A DNA stretch of 64,000 nt from an uncultured Hormoscilla sp. (GTDB lineage Bacteria; Cyanobacteriota; Cyanobacteriia; Cyanobacteriales; Desertifilaceae), in assembly GCA_963921275.4 (NCBI GenBank), contig OZ001293.3, forward strand, positions 128,001 to 192,000. The letters are read 5' to 3'. Below, in pieces: positions 32,082-42,771 of this stretch (the stretch's first letter is position 1; each line of letters opens with the position of its first letter). The notes beneath the pieces were generated by a model that saw nothing but the letters and a program-made list of their open reading frames with translations, did no database searches and was not told where the DNA came from. Position numbers and translations under genes: made by a program.

Positions 32082-32550
32082 TTACCGGTACTGGCTTAAC
32101 AGTGACTGAATCAAATTTTCAGGGACAAAGAATGTGGTTTGCTGAAGACGGGAAATCGCATTGGGAAAGTTAACCATATTTTGCTGAGCCGCATCATTTA
32201 ATACTCCAATTATTCCCGTGACTCTTAAACCTCGTGCTCTGGCAATTCTTCTACCTACGCCTTCATCTATTATGACTAAACTTGCTCCTTGCTGTTCTGC
32301 TAAAATAATAGCTGCTTTTTCTCCGGCATCTAATACTTCTAAATCTGGATCGTCATTATCATTAACATTGGCGAGGATTAACCAGTTTGGAGGCTTGTCA
32401 ACGCCGAACAATCTCAAGCGATCGCATGTCCGACAGTTCCTGTTTAACTATTGTCAGAATCAACACTTGACCGTAAAGCTGAGGCAATAACTCGATTTCT
32501 CCAATTAGCAGCAAATAGCAAATTGAAGAAGTATCTGAAATAATAATCAT
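32082..32550 (-). pseudogene. DUF3368-type PIN protein, frameshifted
   Basis: MIIISDTS.I.YL..IG; LDAGE.AAI.LA; IIDE..GR; TG.IGVL. Confidence 0.8.
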
Positions 32551-32594
32551 ATTGCTTTTAGTTTTCGGCTACCAACCTCAAGCAGGACAATTTT

Positions 32595-32942
32595 CTAAGT
32601 GCGATCGGCCTTTATACCCTCCGGCTGTAATCTTTGCATCATGGGCTGTCCTGGCTGAAGTTGGTAGCCTAGTTTTCCTTCTCGCCGTAGTTGCTCGTGG
32701 GTAAACCGATCGGCTTCAAAATCTGCTTCGTCGTATGCGAAATAAATCCCTTTAGCTTTCAGAAAAGCATCTGCTTCCAGGCGCGTATTCATCCCCAGCA
32801 ATTCTCGCACTTTCCCCCTACTTATCGCACCTTCCCTATAAGCTTCCAAGACGATCGCTATCTTAAGCCGACGCTCTAGATTACCCCATTTCGCTTCTAG
32901 GTAACAGGCTATGTTATCTGGCAATGAAATCGTAATTTCCAT
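32595..32942 (-). CDS. UPF0175 family protein
   Basis: EAYR.G.IS.GKV.ELLG..TR.E...FLK. Confidence 0.85.
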   Translation of the reverse strand: MEITISLPDNIACYLEAKWGNLERRLKIAIVLEAYREGAISRGKVRELLGMNTRLEADAFLKAKGIYFAYDEADFEADRFTHEQLRREGKLGYQLQPGQPMMQRLQPEGIKADRT

Positions 32943-33087
32943 ATCTTGCTCCCTCTTTACCGTCTCTAGCACACCCACTCCTGATTATAACATTGCGGTT
33001 TTCACCCTTCGCCTCGGACGGGCAGGCAAACGAGCAGCCCTACACTTGGCATGGGAAAATTATCCGAGATATCAATCCAACTCTTTG

Positions 33088-34566
33088 ATGAAGCTTTCCA
33101 CTCCCAACAGCATTTGGAGGACCGCAGCCATTCTGGGACTGCTGGGCATTCTCACGCGCCTGCCCTTCCAAAGCCAGATCCTCAGCGAACATGATGCGGC
33201 TAACTTTGCTCTGGCCCTGACCGACTTCGATGTCCGGTTGCACCAGCCCCATCCCCCGGGAACTTTTGTGTTTTTGATCTTGCTGGGACAGTTGTTTAAC
33301 CTGTTTCTCCATGATGCCAACCAAAGCTTGGTCTGCGTTAATATTCTGGCCTCGGGGATAGCTGCTGCTGCTACCTTCGTTCTGAGTGCCAGCTGGTTCG
33401 GCAGACCCGTGGCCTGGGTGAGTGGTCTGTTGATGCTATCGAGTCCCCTGGTCTGGTTCTACGGGGAGGTGGCACTCTCCTATATGCTGGAGTATGCCTG
33501 GGTTTTGCTGCTGGCGATTGCCTGTTTTCGACTGCGGTTAGGAGACAAAATTGCCTTTTTTGTTGCTGCTGGGATGATGGGGTTAGCGGGTGGCATCCGA
33601 CCCAATACTCCTGTTTTCCTATTTCCCTTGTGGTCAATAGCAGTTGCTTTGGGGATGCGCGATCGCAAATATTCGGGAGCCAACTTAATAGTAGCATTAC
33701 TGCTGATGGCAGGTGGGGTAGCCTTATGGGCGGTGCCAATGGTGGCAATGTCAGGGGGAGTAACTGCTTACTGGCAAGCTATTCAGATGTGGATCGATCG
33801 CCACCTGGAAGATGCCGATAATATTTTTGGGATGCTGAATAATGCGATCGCCCTTGTAAAAGCGCTACTCTTCTGTGTCGGTCTGGGGTTTTTTCCTCTA
33901 GTTTGGGTCTTAGGGAAAGAAAGAAAAACCCTCCTCTCCCGGGTGAAGCAGGACTGGCGAGTGCAAACCCTGCTGCTGTGGATCGCACCAGGGACAGCAT
34001 ACCTGATCTTTATCCACTTTCAGCGCCAAGGTCACAGTTTTACCATTATGCCAGCCTTCGTGCTGATCGGCGGTTTCGCGATCGGGCGATGGGGTCAATA
34101 TTTAGCCCGCTTGCATCGCCAAGCTGGGATTATTATAGCCGCGATCGTCATCAGTTGCAATAGTTTATTTTTCCTGCTGGGACCGGGGGAATTGCGCAGC
34201 TGGACAAAAATCCGGCAGCACGATACCTTTGTGAAAGAGCGAGTTGAAGCTATTCGCGATCGCTTTCCTGCCTCCCAGACAGTAGTGCTGACGAGAGGAC
34301 GCTACGCGCGCATATTAAACTTCTATCTAGAAGACTATCAGGAAACATCTCTGTCTCACAGACTGCAAACAACACCAACAGTTTTACCCCCTCAAGTCCG
34401 GACCCTAGTTTTGTTTGACGATCGCATTTTATCTCGACTTGCAGAAGATCCCGGTTTTGCCAGACTCCCGCTACTGGGGGGAGAAACCCTGCGATACATC
34501 AGTTGGAACGCCAACCAGCAAGTTAAAGTCGGCAAGTTTTCCCTGGAGGTGAATGGCGATCTGTGA
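33088..34566 (+). CDS. GT-C-like polytopic membrane protein (DUF2723/PMT-like)
   Basis: D..NFAL...FD...HQPHPPG; many TMs. Confidence 0.7.
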   Translation: MKLSTPNSIWRTAAILGLLGILTRLPFQSQILSEHDAANFALALTDFDVRLHQPHPPGTFVFLILLGQLFNLFLHDANQSLVCVNILASGIAAAATFVLSASWFGRPVAWVSGLLMLSSPLVWFYGEVALSYMLEYAWVLLLAIACFRLRLGDKIAFFVAAGMMGLAGGIRPNTPVFLFPLWSIAVALGMRDRKYSGANLIVALLLMAGGVALWAVPMVAMSGGVTAYWQAIQMWIDRHLEDADNIFGMLNNAIALVKALLFCVGLGFFPLVWVLGKERKTLLSRVKQDWRVQTLLLWIAPGTAYLIFIHFQRQGHSFTIMPAFVLIGGFAIGRWGQYLARLHRQAGIIIAAIVISCNSLFFLLGPGELRSWTKIRQHDTFVKERVEAIRDRFPASQTVVLTRGRYARILNFYLEDYQETSLSHRLQTTPTVLPPQVRTLVLFDDRILSRLAEDPGFARLPLLGGETLRYISWNANQQVKVGKFSLEVNGDL

Positions 34567-34629
34567 TGGGCGATCTCCGGGCTATTTTTTGTTTGTAGTA
34601 AGCGCTTTAGCGCTATAGGCGGGACTTTT

Positions 34630-35022
34630 CTATGCTAAAAAATCGCGGATTAAATTAAGCAAAGGATTGCGATCGCATCCTGTCTGGTTGTCTACTTTAC
34701 AGAGAAATTTATGAGCAGCATTTCTAAAACTTTCCATAAATTCATCAATTTCTTTTACCTGCAAAGCCCTGTCTTTATATGAGATTATCATCCCCGATTT
34801 CCACGGTTCAAAGATAAGTGGATCTGGTTCTTCGGCAACTTCAACTGTTACCATCTTTCCTGCATTGACTGCTTTTATTCCTGTAATTAATGCCGAAAAC
34901 CAGGAGTCTAAATAAGTGGATTCTACGCTCAAAATTGTATGACTATCGGTAAGAATTATGTCTCCCAATGGATCTATGGGATCTATTCCTTCTTCATCTA
35001 ATGTCCATTTAATGTTTATCAT
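34630..35022 (-). CDS. Acidic hypothetical protein, candidate immunity protein
   Basis: ATGA overlap with the upstream small ORF. Confidence 0.6.
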   Translation of the reverse strand: MINIKWTLDEEGIDPIDPLGDIILTDSHTILSVESTYLDSWFSALITGIKAVNAGKMVTVEVAEEPDPLIFEPWKSGMIISYKDRALQVKEIDEFMESFRNAAHKFLCKVDNQTGCDRNPLLNLIRDFLA

Positions 35023-35315
35023 TCTGACTCTTTTCTGATATGTACGGAACGAATGTTTCCTATAGCATTAAGAACAACTCTGACTCTGACAGTCTGTTCG
35101 GAGAACACTACATCCTGCTCGAAAACTTGCCGTTCGCTTGGAGTTCCGATTAAGTTTTCCGGGCGCGTCGCAATCTCTTGACCTAGTTTAACTATGTCAT
35201 CTAGAGTGAGGTTGACATCATATTGTTGAAATGCTGGCAAATGCTTAGTGATGTGCTTGAGGTTCTTGTTGCTGAGGCTTTCTGGAGGATTAACAATCTT
35301 GCGTTCTCCTTGACT
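35019..35315 (-). other. Orphan toxin-like C-terminal domain
   Basis: Open frame KNLKHITKH...IRSVH without a clear ATG. Confidence 0.45.
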
Positions 35316-35542
35316 ATTTAATATAAGTCGCTTTCAGTAATTGTAACCTTACAAAGGGGCGATGGCGATACTGCTGCACAGTCGCTGCGCGATCGGGAGG
35401 CTCTGCCTCTAACATTGCGTTCCCAGCCAGAGACTGGGAACGAGAGTAAACGAGGGGCGATCGCCTGCTGTCTGGATGGGCTTTTCCCAGCGGGCGATAC
35501 TGCTGCGCAGTCGCTGCGCGAACGGGCTTATTGACAATATTG

Positions 35543-36767
35543 TCATCTATCATTTGTTCGCCTTTTTTGATTGTTCGCCTTCTTCAGGTAAGACTTAGCC
35601 CAAGCATATCGTTTCGGATCTTTTTTGAGCAGATATTCCACAACTTGCCGTCGCTTATTATTATCAGCATTTTTGACAACTCGCTTGATTTCTGCATCCA
35701 TATCTCTTGGTGAAGCACCACGCTTAATTGCTTTATCAAACCAACGTTCTCCCTCTACAAATTGACCCCTTTCAAAACAAATCGCGCCCATTAAAGTGTA
35801 AGGATGATGACTTTGCGGTTGATATTCAATCGCTTTTCGAGCGCACTTTTCTGCGTCATCTAGTTTATGAAGATCGCGGTCATATAGTTCATCTAGTTTA
35901 TAAAGATCGCGGAAAGCACCCCCTCTTGTTGTGAGCAAAGCTGACTTGAGCTTATTTTCTTTGATTGTGTTGAAGTTCAGATTTTCTGTTACTTCCAATG
36001 CACGTCTCGGTTTCTCTGCCTTGCGCCAATGACTACTGGCGTTGGGTAAGTTCCATTTATTGCCAGTGCGATCGTACTCCTGTTCATAGAAAGTTGCTTC
36101 TATTTTGTGGTAAGCGATGCGAATCTTGCCATTAAACAGTTTATTCCCTTGGGAACGCCGCTCTCCATAATAACTATAATAGCTGTAACGTGGTTGAGAT
36201 TCTTCAACTTCATTCTCCTGAAGCCAAGCGACATCCATCTCCTCAAGCCGCTCTCCTTTCTTCAGCTTTTGCAGAATTGCGTACAATGGGCAGGAAGGTA
36301 ATTGGTCTTTGTACTCCGAGACATCATACTTTTTCTTGAGGATAGCAAAATATTCTTTCTCTTTAGCAAATTGTCGAGCAAAAATAATTACATCCTCACG
36401 TCCATTGTTTTTCAGCCAATCAATATCACCCTCACTCAACTGCTTTCCGACTTCAATCTGGGACTTTAAACTAGCAGCATATTTTTCATCAATCCAGAAG
36501 GCTAGCGTTTCAGTCTGTCCATTTTTTCTCAGCCAATCAATATCAGCCTCACTCAACAGCTCTCCCGCTTCAATCTTAGACTTTAAACTAGCAGCATGTT
36601 TTTCAATCCAGAAGGCTAGCGTTTCAGTCTGTCCATTTTTTCTCAGCCAATCAATATCAGCCTCATTCAACAGCTCTCCCGCTTCAATCTTATGCGTTAA
36701 ACTAGCAGCACATTTTTCAATCCCGATCGCAATCGTCTCAGTCAATTTCCGCTTTTTCAATAAATTA
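35543..36767 (-). pseudogene. TPR protein, C-terminal part
   Basis: Internal ~36-aa repeats; TPR-like HHPYTLMGAIC; joins in frame with 39948-40142. Confidence 0.8.
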
Positions 36768-36944
36768 CAATAGTCCGGACATTTTTTAGACCCCAGAACC
36801 ACGACATAGCAAGGGTTACGGCAAAAGGCGCATCATTTTTTTCAAGGTCAGGCCCAGGGCTAACTTGTAAAAAATGGCTCGCTCTCCCAAAGGCTGACGC
36901 TGTAAGGCTTACGGCGTCGTTCCCCAAAGTGTCCGGAGTATTGT
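36767..36944. mobile_element. MITE with 15-bp TIR ACAATA(G/C)TCCGGACA
   Basis: 14/15 inverted match. Confidence 0.75.
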
Positions 36945-38921
36945 TATAACAATGTCAAAGATATCTGTCCCTTGATTGCTCACTGCGTCGATGGCGTCGA
37001 TGGCGGTTACCGTTACGGTAAAGATGCCTGCGGTAGTAGGGGTACCGCTGATAACTCCCTGAGTGTTGATGGTTACGCCCCCTGGTAAACCGGTAGCTGT
37101 GTAGTTGTTGATGTTGTTATTGATGTCGCCGAAGTTGTCGCTAATGTCTATGTCGAGGTTATTACCTAGCAAGAACTCGACGTCGGGAATCTGGGTTTTT
37201 ACATAAGGGGGGTTTTCCAACCGCTTTTCAGCCCGCAAATTTAAGACCTCTTGGGGGATGCTGCCAGTCAGTTGGTTTTTGTTCAGCCAGAGATCCTCCA
37301 AATTGGAAAGATTCCCTAACTCCGTCGGGATGCTGCCAGTCAGTTGGTTGTAGTTCAGCCGGAGATCCTCCAAATTGGAAAGATTCCCTAACTCCGTCGG
37401 GATGCTGCCAGTCAGTTGGTTTTCCTCCAGCCGGAGTTCCGTCACCCTCTTGTTAACTACCGTCACTCCATACCAACCATTAAGAATAGAAGCTTCGGGG
37501 GGAGTTTGGCTGTTGAAATTCCAGTCCCGCCAGCCTGTATTGTTCCTCCAAAAAGCCCCATTGGTGCTTTGATAGAGAGCCCTTAAAGCCTGATACTCCT
37601 GCTGGGGGATCTCATTGACGCTAATAGTCAAGGCTTCTGAGTAACTGTTCCCAGCAGCGTCGGTGGCAGTTACCGTTACGGTAAAGGTGTCTGCGGTAGT
37701 AAAAGTACCGCTGATAACTCCCCGACTGTTGATCGTTACGCCCCCTGGTAAACCGGTAGCTGTGTAATTGTCGATGTTGTTATTGATGTCGCCGAAATTT
37801 GCGCTAATGTCTATGTTGAGGTTATTACCTAGCAAGAGTTGGACGTCGGGAATCTCGGTTAAAACATAAGGGGGGTTTTCCAATCGCTTGAAGGCACTCA
37901 AATCTAGAACCTCTTGGGGGATGCTGCCAGTCAGTTGGTTGGAGTACAGCAAGAGATCCTCCAAATTGGAAAGATTCCCTAACTCCGTCGGGATGCTGCC
38001 AGTCAGTTGGTTGGAGTACAGCAAGAGATCCTCCAAATTGGAAAGATTCCCTAACTCCGTCGGGATGCTGCCAGTCAGTTGGTTGGAGTACAGCCAGAGA
38101 TCCTCCAAATTGGAAAGATTCCCTAACTCCGTCGGGATGCTGCCAGTCAGTTGGTTGGAGTACAGCCAGAGACGATTCAAATTGGAAAGATTCCCTAACT
38201 CCGTCGGGATGCTGCCAGTCAGTCCGTTTAAGTGCAGCCAGAGCCTAGTCACCCGGGAGTTAGCTACCGTCACCCCAAGCCAACCGTTAACAACAGAATC
38301 ATTGGGGGGAGTTGGGCTGTTGAAATTCCAGTCCCGCCAGCCTGTATTGAAACTCCAAGAAGCCCCATTGGTGCTTTGATAGAGAGCCCTTAAGGCCTGA
38401 TACTCCTGCTGGGAGATCAATATGCCCCCATAGGTTATCTGAGCTTCTGCGGACAATGCTAAGGGAGTTTTCATCCCCGGAGTTCGCCACTCCAACTTCC
38501 AATTTCCGCCCCGGGCTGCTGCCCCTGTCCGGGTAGTAGAGGCGGCGAGGGATGCCCCGGTCAGGGCCTGTAGCTTAGTCATCAACTCCTCTCCTGCATC
38601 TCCGGCGGCGACGTTACAGCCGTAGAGTAGGAGTTGTTTTACTTTCCACTTCTGCAGGGTAGAGGCGTAATCTCCTAGAGTATCTAAACTCAGTTGGGAG
38701 TTTCCCAGATACAGACAGCCAGGGCTGCCGTGGGAGAGTAGGTGCAGAACCTCTGTTTCTTGATGCTGTCGGAGAAGTTCGCTGATCTGTTGGATGCCAT
38801 CGGACCGAAGGTCTAAGAGGAAAGATTTGGCCCCAGGCCGGATGCCGTCTATAAGCTGCTGGTAGTTTTCTAGGGAGGCATCCACTACTACCATAGTGTT
38901 GGCATTGGTATTATGTTTCAT
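36909..38921 (-). pseudogene. DUF4347 + LRR + putative Ig protein, 3' truncated by the MITE
   Basis: LHLLSHGSPG, LLYGCNVA; 24-aa NQLTGSIPTELGNL repeats; last residues derive from the TIR. Confidence 0.85.
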
Positions 38922-39487
38922 TTTTTGGTTTCTCTTGTATTTTTCTGTAGAGGTGCTGGTGTAATACTAGCCCGACTATCGTCATATTTCTGACTTACGC
39001 CGGAACGAGTGGCACGTTTGTTTATTATAACTCAAGTGTTGGTTACCGGCGACATTGGTAACATTTCCTGCTTTAACTACAGTCATTAAAACATATTTTA
39101 CGGAAATTATCAAATTTATTTGCTACTATACCGTCGGAGTTGGGTGTCTTTCAATTTAACCCATATTTCGCAATTTCATACCCCAGCAGGTTTCCTCCGA
39201 CGCTGGCTTTCTTCGTCTACGATTCGTATACGAAATAAATCACTTGCTGAAAAGCGGTCTTTTATATCTACCGGCCCCATTTGTTTCACGCTTCCCATAC
39301 ATAGAGTCCCCCGACTGACTCAGGCACTTCCCCGACTGAGTGCGGCACTTTACCTCAGTAGTCAGGCACTTCCCCGTGCTTCTTTTCTATCGATATCCTC
39401 CCCATCGCAGAAGATTGCCAAAGTAGGAGGTAGAGGGTCGGAGTTTTCAACTAGATCGCCTCGCGGTTCCCCCAATCGTGGTAAACT

Positions 39488-39931
39488 TCAATTAACCACA
39501 GTGAAATCATCGACATTAATCAGGGTCTCATCAATCCCCGGCAGGGTGGCCATGGTTTTCGATTCAAAATTAATCCAGGTATCGAGGCCCTGAGAACCTC
39601 CTGCTAGCCTGATAAAGTCCGTGCCATCTTCAAAGTCTATGATAGTATCCCAGCCCATGCCCGACCCCAAGACAAAAAGATCGGCGTCCTCTCCTCCGTG
39701 GAGGGTATCGCTTCCCTCCCCGCCGATCAGAGTGTCCTCCTCCTCCTTCTCAAAGAGTGATAAAGTTAGGGGTTGGGGGTTAAGAGTTAGGGGTTGACGA
39801 GTATTGCTGAAGTTAAGGTCAGTAGGAGATTCGGCAACATCGTTCACATTAATAATCAAAGCCTCCGAGTAACTGGCCCCAGTAACGTCAATAGTCTGAA
39901 CGCGGATACTGTAACTATATCTCATCTCCAA
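39488..39931 (-). pseudogene. Cadherin + RTX C-terminal fragment
   Basis: YSIRVQT.D..G, GGEGSDTL.GG, DTIIDFEDG.D. Confidence 0.75.
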
Positions 39932-39944
39932 GTCCGGAGAACTG

Positions 39945-40142
39945 TTATAAATTAATATCTGACTCTCCTAGCTGACTGCCTGCATCAATTTTTTTGAGAA
40001 CTTTATAGAGATGGCTGTCAGGAGATGAATCTTCATATTTACTCGCTTTATACTTAACTTTCAGTTCCGAAAATCGCTTTTCTTCTATCTCCGAAAATCG
40101 CTTTTCTTCCATCTCAGCTTTCTTTTTTTCTTTCATACTCAT
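39945..40142 (-). pseudogene. TPR protein, N-terminal part
   Basis: Ends ESDINL at the insertion site. Confidence 0.8.
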
Positions 40143-40269
40143 GGCAGGTAATTTGTGATTGCATACTGTACGGTGATTGGGTATCGTTATTATTGTGATT
40201 ACCCGGGTTCGATAATACTCATTATATCATTCATTATCTTTTTTGCCATTTTGATTATGGCAATTTTCT

Positions 40270-40617
40270 ACCTCCCCATACATATTCTACACTAAAATGC
40301 CCGATCGCACCGGTTCCGTTACCAACTTTCATACTCACCTCTCATATTCTACACCTCTATGGGCTACCTGTCAACTTTTCGGCAATCCCTATCTATTCTA
40401 TCGTATCTATGGGCTACCTGTCAACTTTTCGGCAATCCCTATCTATTCTACACCCCAATGCCCGATCTCGTCTAACCGGTGCCTGTCGGCGCCGCCCGAT
40501 CGCACCGGTTCCGTTACCAACTTTCAGGCTCACCTATCATATGCTATACCTCAATGGGCGACCTGTCAACTTTTCGCCTCTCCATATATTCTACCTTATC
40601 AATGGGCGACCTGTCAA
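40270..40617 (-). repeat. ~50-bp degenerate tandem repeats (TTGACA-N18-TAGAAT-like); more at 41865-41985
   Basis: TATTCTA..ATGGGC(G/T)ACCTGTCAACTTTT units on the + strand. Confidence 0.8.
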
Positions 40618-40633
40618 CTGGGGTTATCTGGCC

Positions 40634-40933
40634 TTATTCCCAAACCAGAGACACAAAAGCTATTCTTGACGGCAATTTATTAGCAATAAAATCTCTGACG
40701 ATAATTGCATTATTTTTTACATCTGTTCCTTGACTGATATCCAAAGAACCTGGGTCTTCAGCTATCTCTTGACCAATATAATACCACAGGTCAACTCCCA
40801 GAATCAACATACCCATTTGTTCCAGTTCGTCAGCAAGATTTATTGCATCAGCAGGACGCAAGAGCAATTTTCCTGCTTTTACTATACCGAGGTGATGATA
40901 CTTATCGATCGGTTGTTCTAGAACTGCTATCAT
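40634..40933 (-). CDS. Small Imm40-like immunity candidate
   Basis: DAI.L...LE.....ILG.D.W pattern. Confidence 0.5.
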   Translation of the reverse strand: MIAVLEQPIDKYHHLGIVKAGKLLLRPADAINLADELEQMGMLILGVDLWYYIGQEIAEDPGSLDISQGTDVKNNAIIVRDFIANKLPSRIAFVSLVWE

Positions 40934-40977
40934 TTTACAGACTCCCTATAGTTGACGATACCGGGTTTCTTAATTGC

Positions 40978-41467
40978 TTACCAATTACCCTCAACCCCTT
41001 GCTTAGTCTGAGTTTCTTTTGCATATACCGATATAGACGCGATCGGCATTTTGGGAACCAATGCTGGTTGGGGGTCAATTTCTTGCACGTCAATTGCCAC
41101 ACCTGGAAACCCAGCGCAAAAAATTAGTTCTTCTGCCTCGTCATAATGCAGTCGCGGTTCGACTTTCATTGCTTCTGCCACCCCCATACCTACGGCAATT
41201 TTACCAAACAATTTACCCTGATAACCTTGGCAAGCAGTTAGTTTGAATATCTTCCCATTTCTGACATCAACAGAAATTTCTAGTTCTCCTTTGCCTAATT
41301 TATACCTAGCTTCAAATGGCGAAACCAATTCAAAACTGCCTGCTTGCCAAATGCCCAATCCCACCACCAAATCCTGTAATTGAGAAATCTTAGACCCCAG
41401 ATGTAAACCTCCCAGACTTTGATTAGGAATAATTGCTGCATCAAGTGCGATCTTAAATAACTTCATA
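40978..41467 (-). CDS. Hypothetical immunity candidate
   Basis: I.PN.SLGG..LG start; follows the toxin-like ORF. Confidence 0.55.
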
Positions 41468-41470
41468 ATC

Positions 41471-41806
41471 CTACTCCTTGAAACTTTCTCCTCCAATTCG
41501 GACTGTCCCACCTTCACCGGTACTTACCTTCCAATATGGATCTGGACCGTGATAGGTGCTATCTCCAGGATGCCATTGAATTATTCTCCCTGTGAAGTTT
41601 CCTTCTGATGTTACTTCGCGGAACACCACGCCTTTACCCTTATTACGACCTTTTTTAGTGGTATCGATCGCCCAGTTGGGATTATCTTGGAACAATAATA
41701 TAATATCATTAGGAATTTTTCCTTTGAGGATTTGGGGATTTTCCAAAATTTCATCAATACTTGTCATTGTACAGGATCTATGATATGGAACTGTCGAGTG
41801 AGACAT
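41471..41806 (-). CDS. Toxin-like small domain (orphan C-terminus)
   Basis: IQWHPG...HG..PYWKVS.G.GG..RI motif. Confidence 0.55.
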   Translation of the reverse strand: MSHSTVPYHRSCTMTSIDEILENPQILKGKIPNDIILLFQDNPNWAIDTTKKGRNKGKGVVFREVTSEGNFTGRIIQWHPGDSTYHGPDPYWKVSTGEGGTVRIGGESFKE

Positions 41807-42014
41807 GGGATCTGCGCGATGGCTGGTGATGAGACAGCGATCGCCTATCCTAGGAAATATATGCTCTCCATATATTCTACAGTATCTATGGGCGACCTGT
41901 CAACTTTTCTGCTCTCCATATATTCTGCACCCAAATGCCCATCTGCCAGTCCCCAACTTTCATGCTCCCCATACATATTCTACTCCATTCCTGATTAAAA
42001 AATCTGCTGTAGAC

Positions 42015-42771
42015 GGGTGTGGTCAAAACCTGTCGATCGCGTAGGACAGGTAGCCTGTCAGTGCGCGCAGCGCAATCTTCACGATCTCTCCCAGTCGCCG
42101 GATCCCCCAAAACCCCTCCGTGGCAATTGGGGGGGATTTCGGGGGATCCATCCTTGTGCAACAACTGCCAGACCACGGGCTAGGAGGACGATAAACCAGA
42201 CCAGATTCCTCTCTTCCCAGGGCTGGAAAGACGATAAACCAGACCAGATTCCTCTCCTCCCAGGCTAAATTAATGAGAAACCTGACCAGATCCCTTTTCT
42301 CCCAGGCTAGGTTGATGAGAAACCTGACCAGATCCCTTTCTTCCCAGGCTAGGTTGATGAAAAACCTGACCAGATCCCTTTCTTCCCATTTCTGGGAGGA
42401 CGATAAACCTGACCAGATCCATTTTCCCGGGGCTGGGAGGACGATAAACATGACCAGATTCCTCTCCTCCCGGGGCTGGGAGGACGATAAACCCGAGCAG
42501 ATTTCTCTCCTCCCTAGAGAAATTCACGGTCCTCCGACTAAATTTTTCCTATTGTTCCGCCCAAATCTACCGTGGTCTGGCAGTTGTTGCATAGGGATCC
42601 CCCCCAAACCCCCCCCGCGCCAATTGCTATGCTTTACTCACATATTTTTTAACATTTGTCGGGGGCGATCGTCGAGATATCGTAATTCGCCCACAGTATC
42701 TTTTAAGAGAGGTTTGGGGGATCCTCCGACTGGGAGGGCCCATGAACGATCGACTGGTTTTGACCACACCC
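42015..42771. mobile_element. Non-autonomous element: 25-bp TIR, 9-bp TSD, inner IR and eight ~42-bp repeats
   Basis: GGGTGTGGTCAAAACC(T/A)GTCGATCG ends; TSD GCTGTAGAC. Confidence 0.9.

Noticed and set aside
42181..42515. CRISPR array or repeat-protein ORFs
   Set aside because: No true spacers; the 41-43 bp period breaks frame; the region lies inside a TIR element
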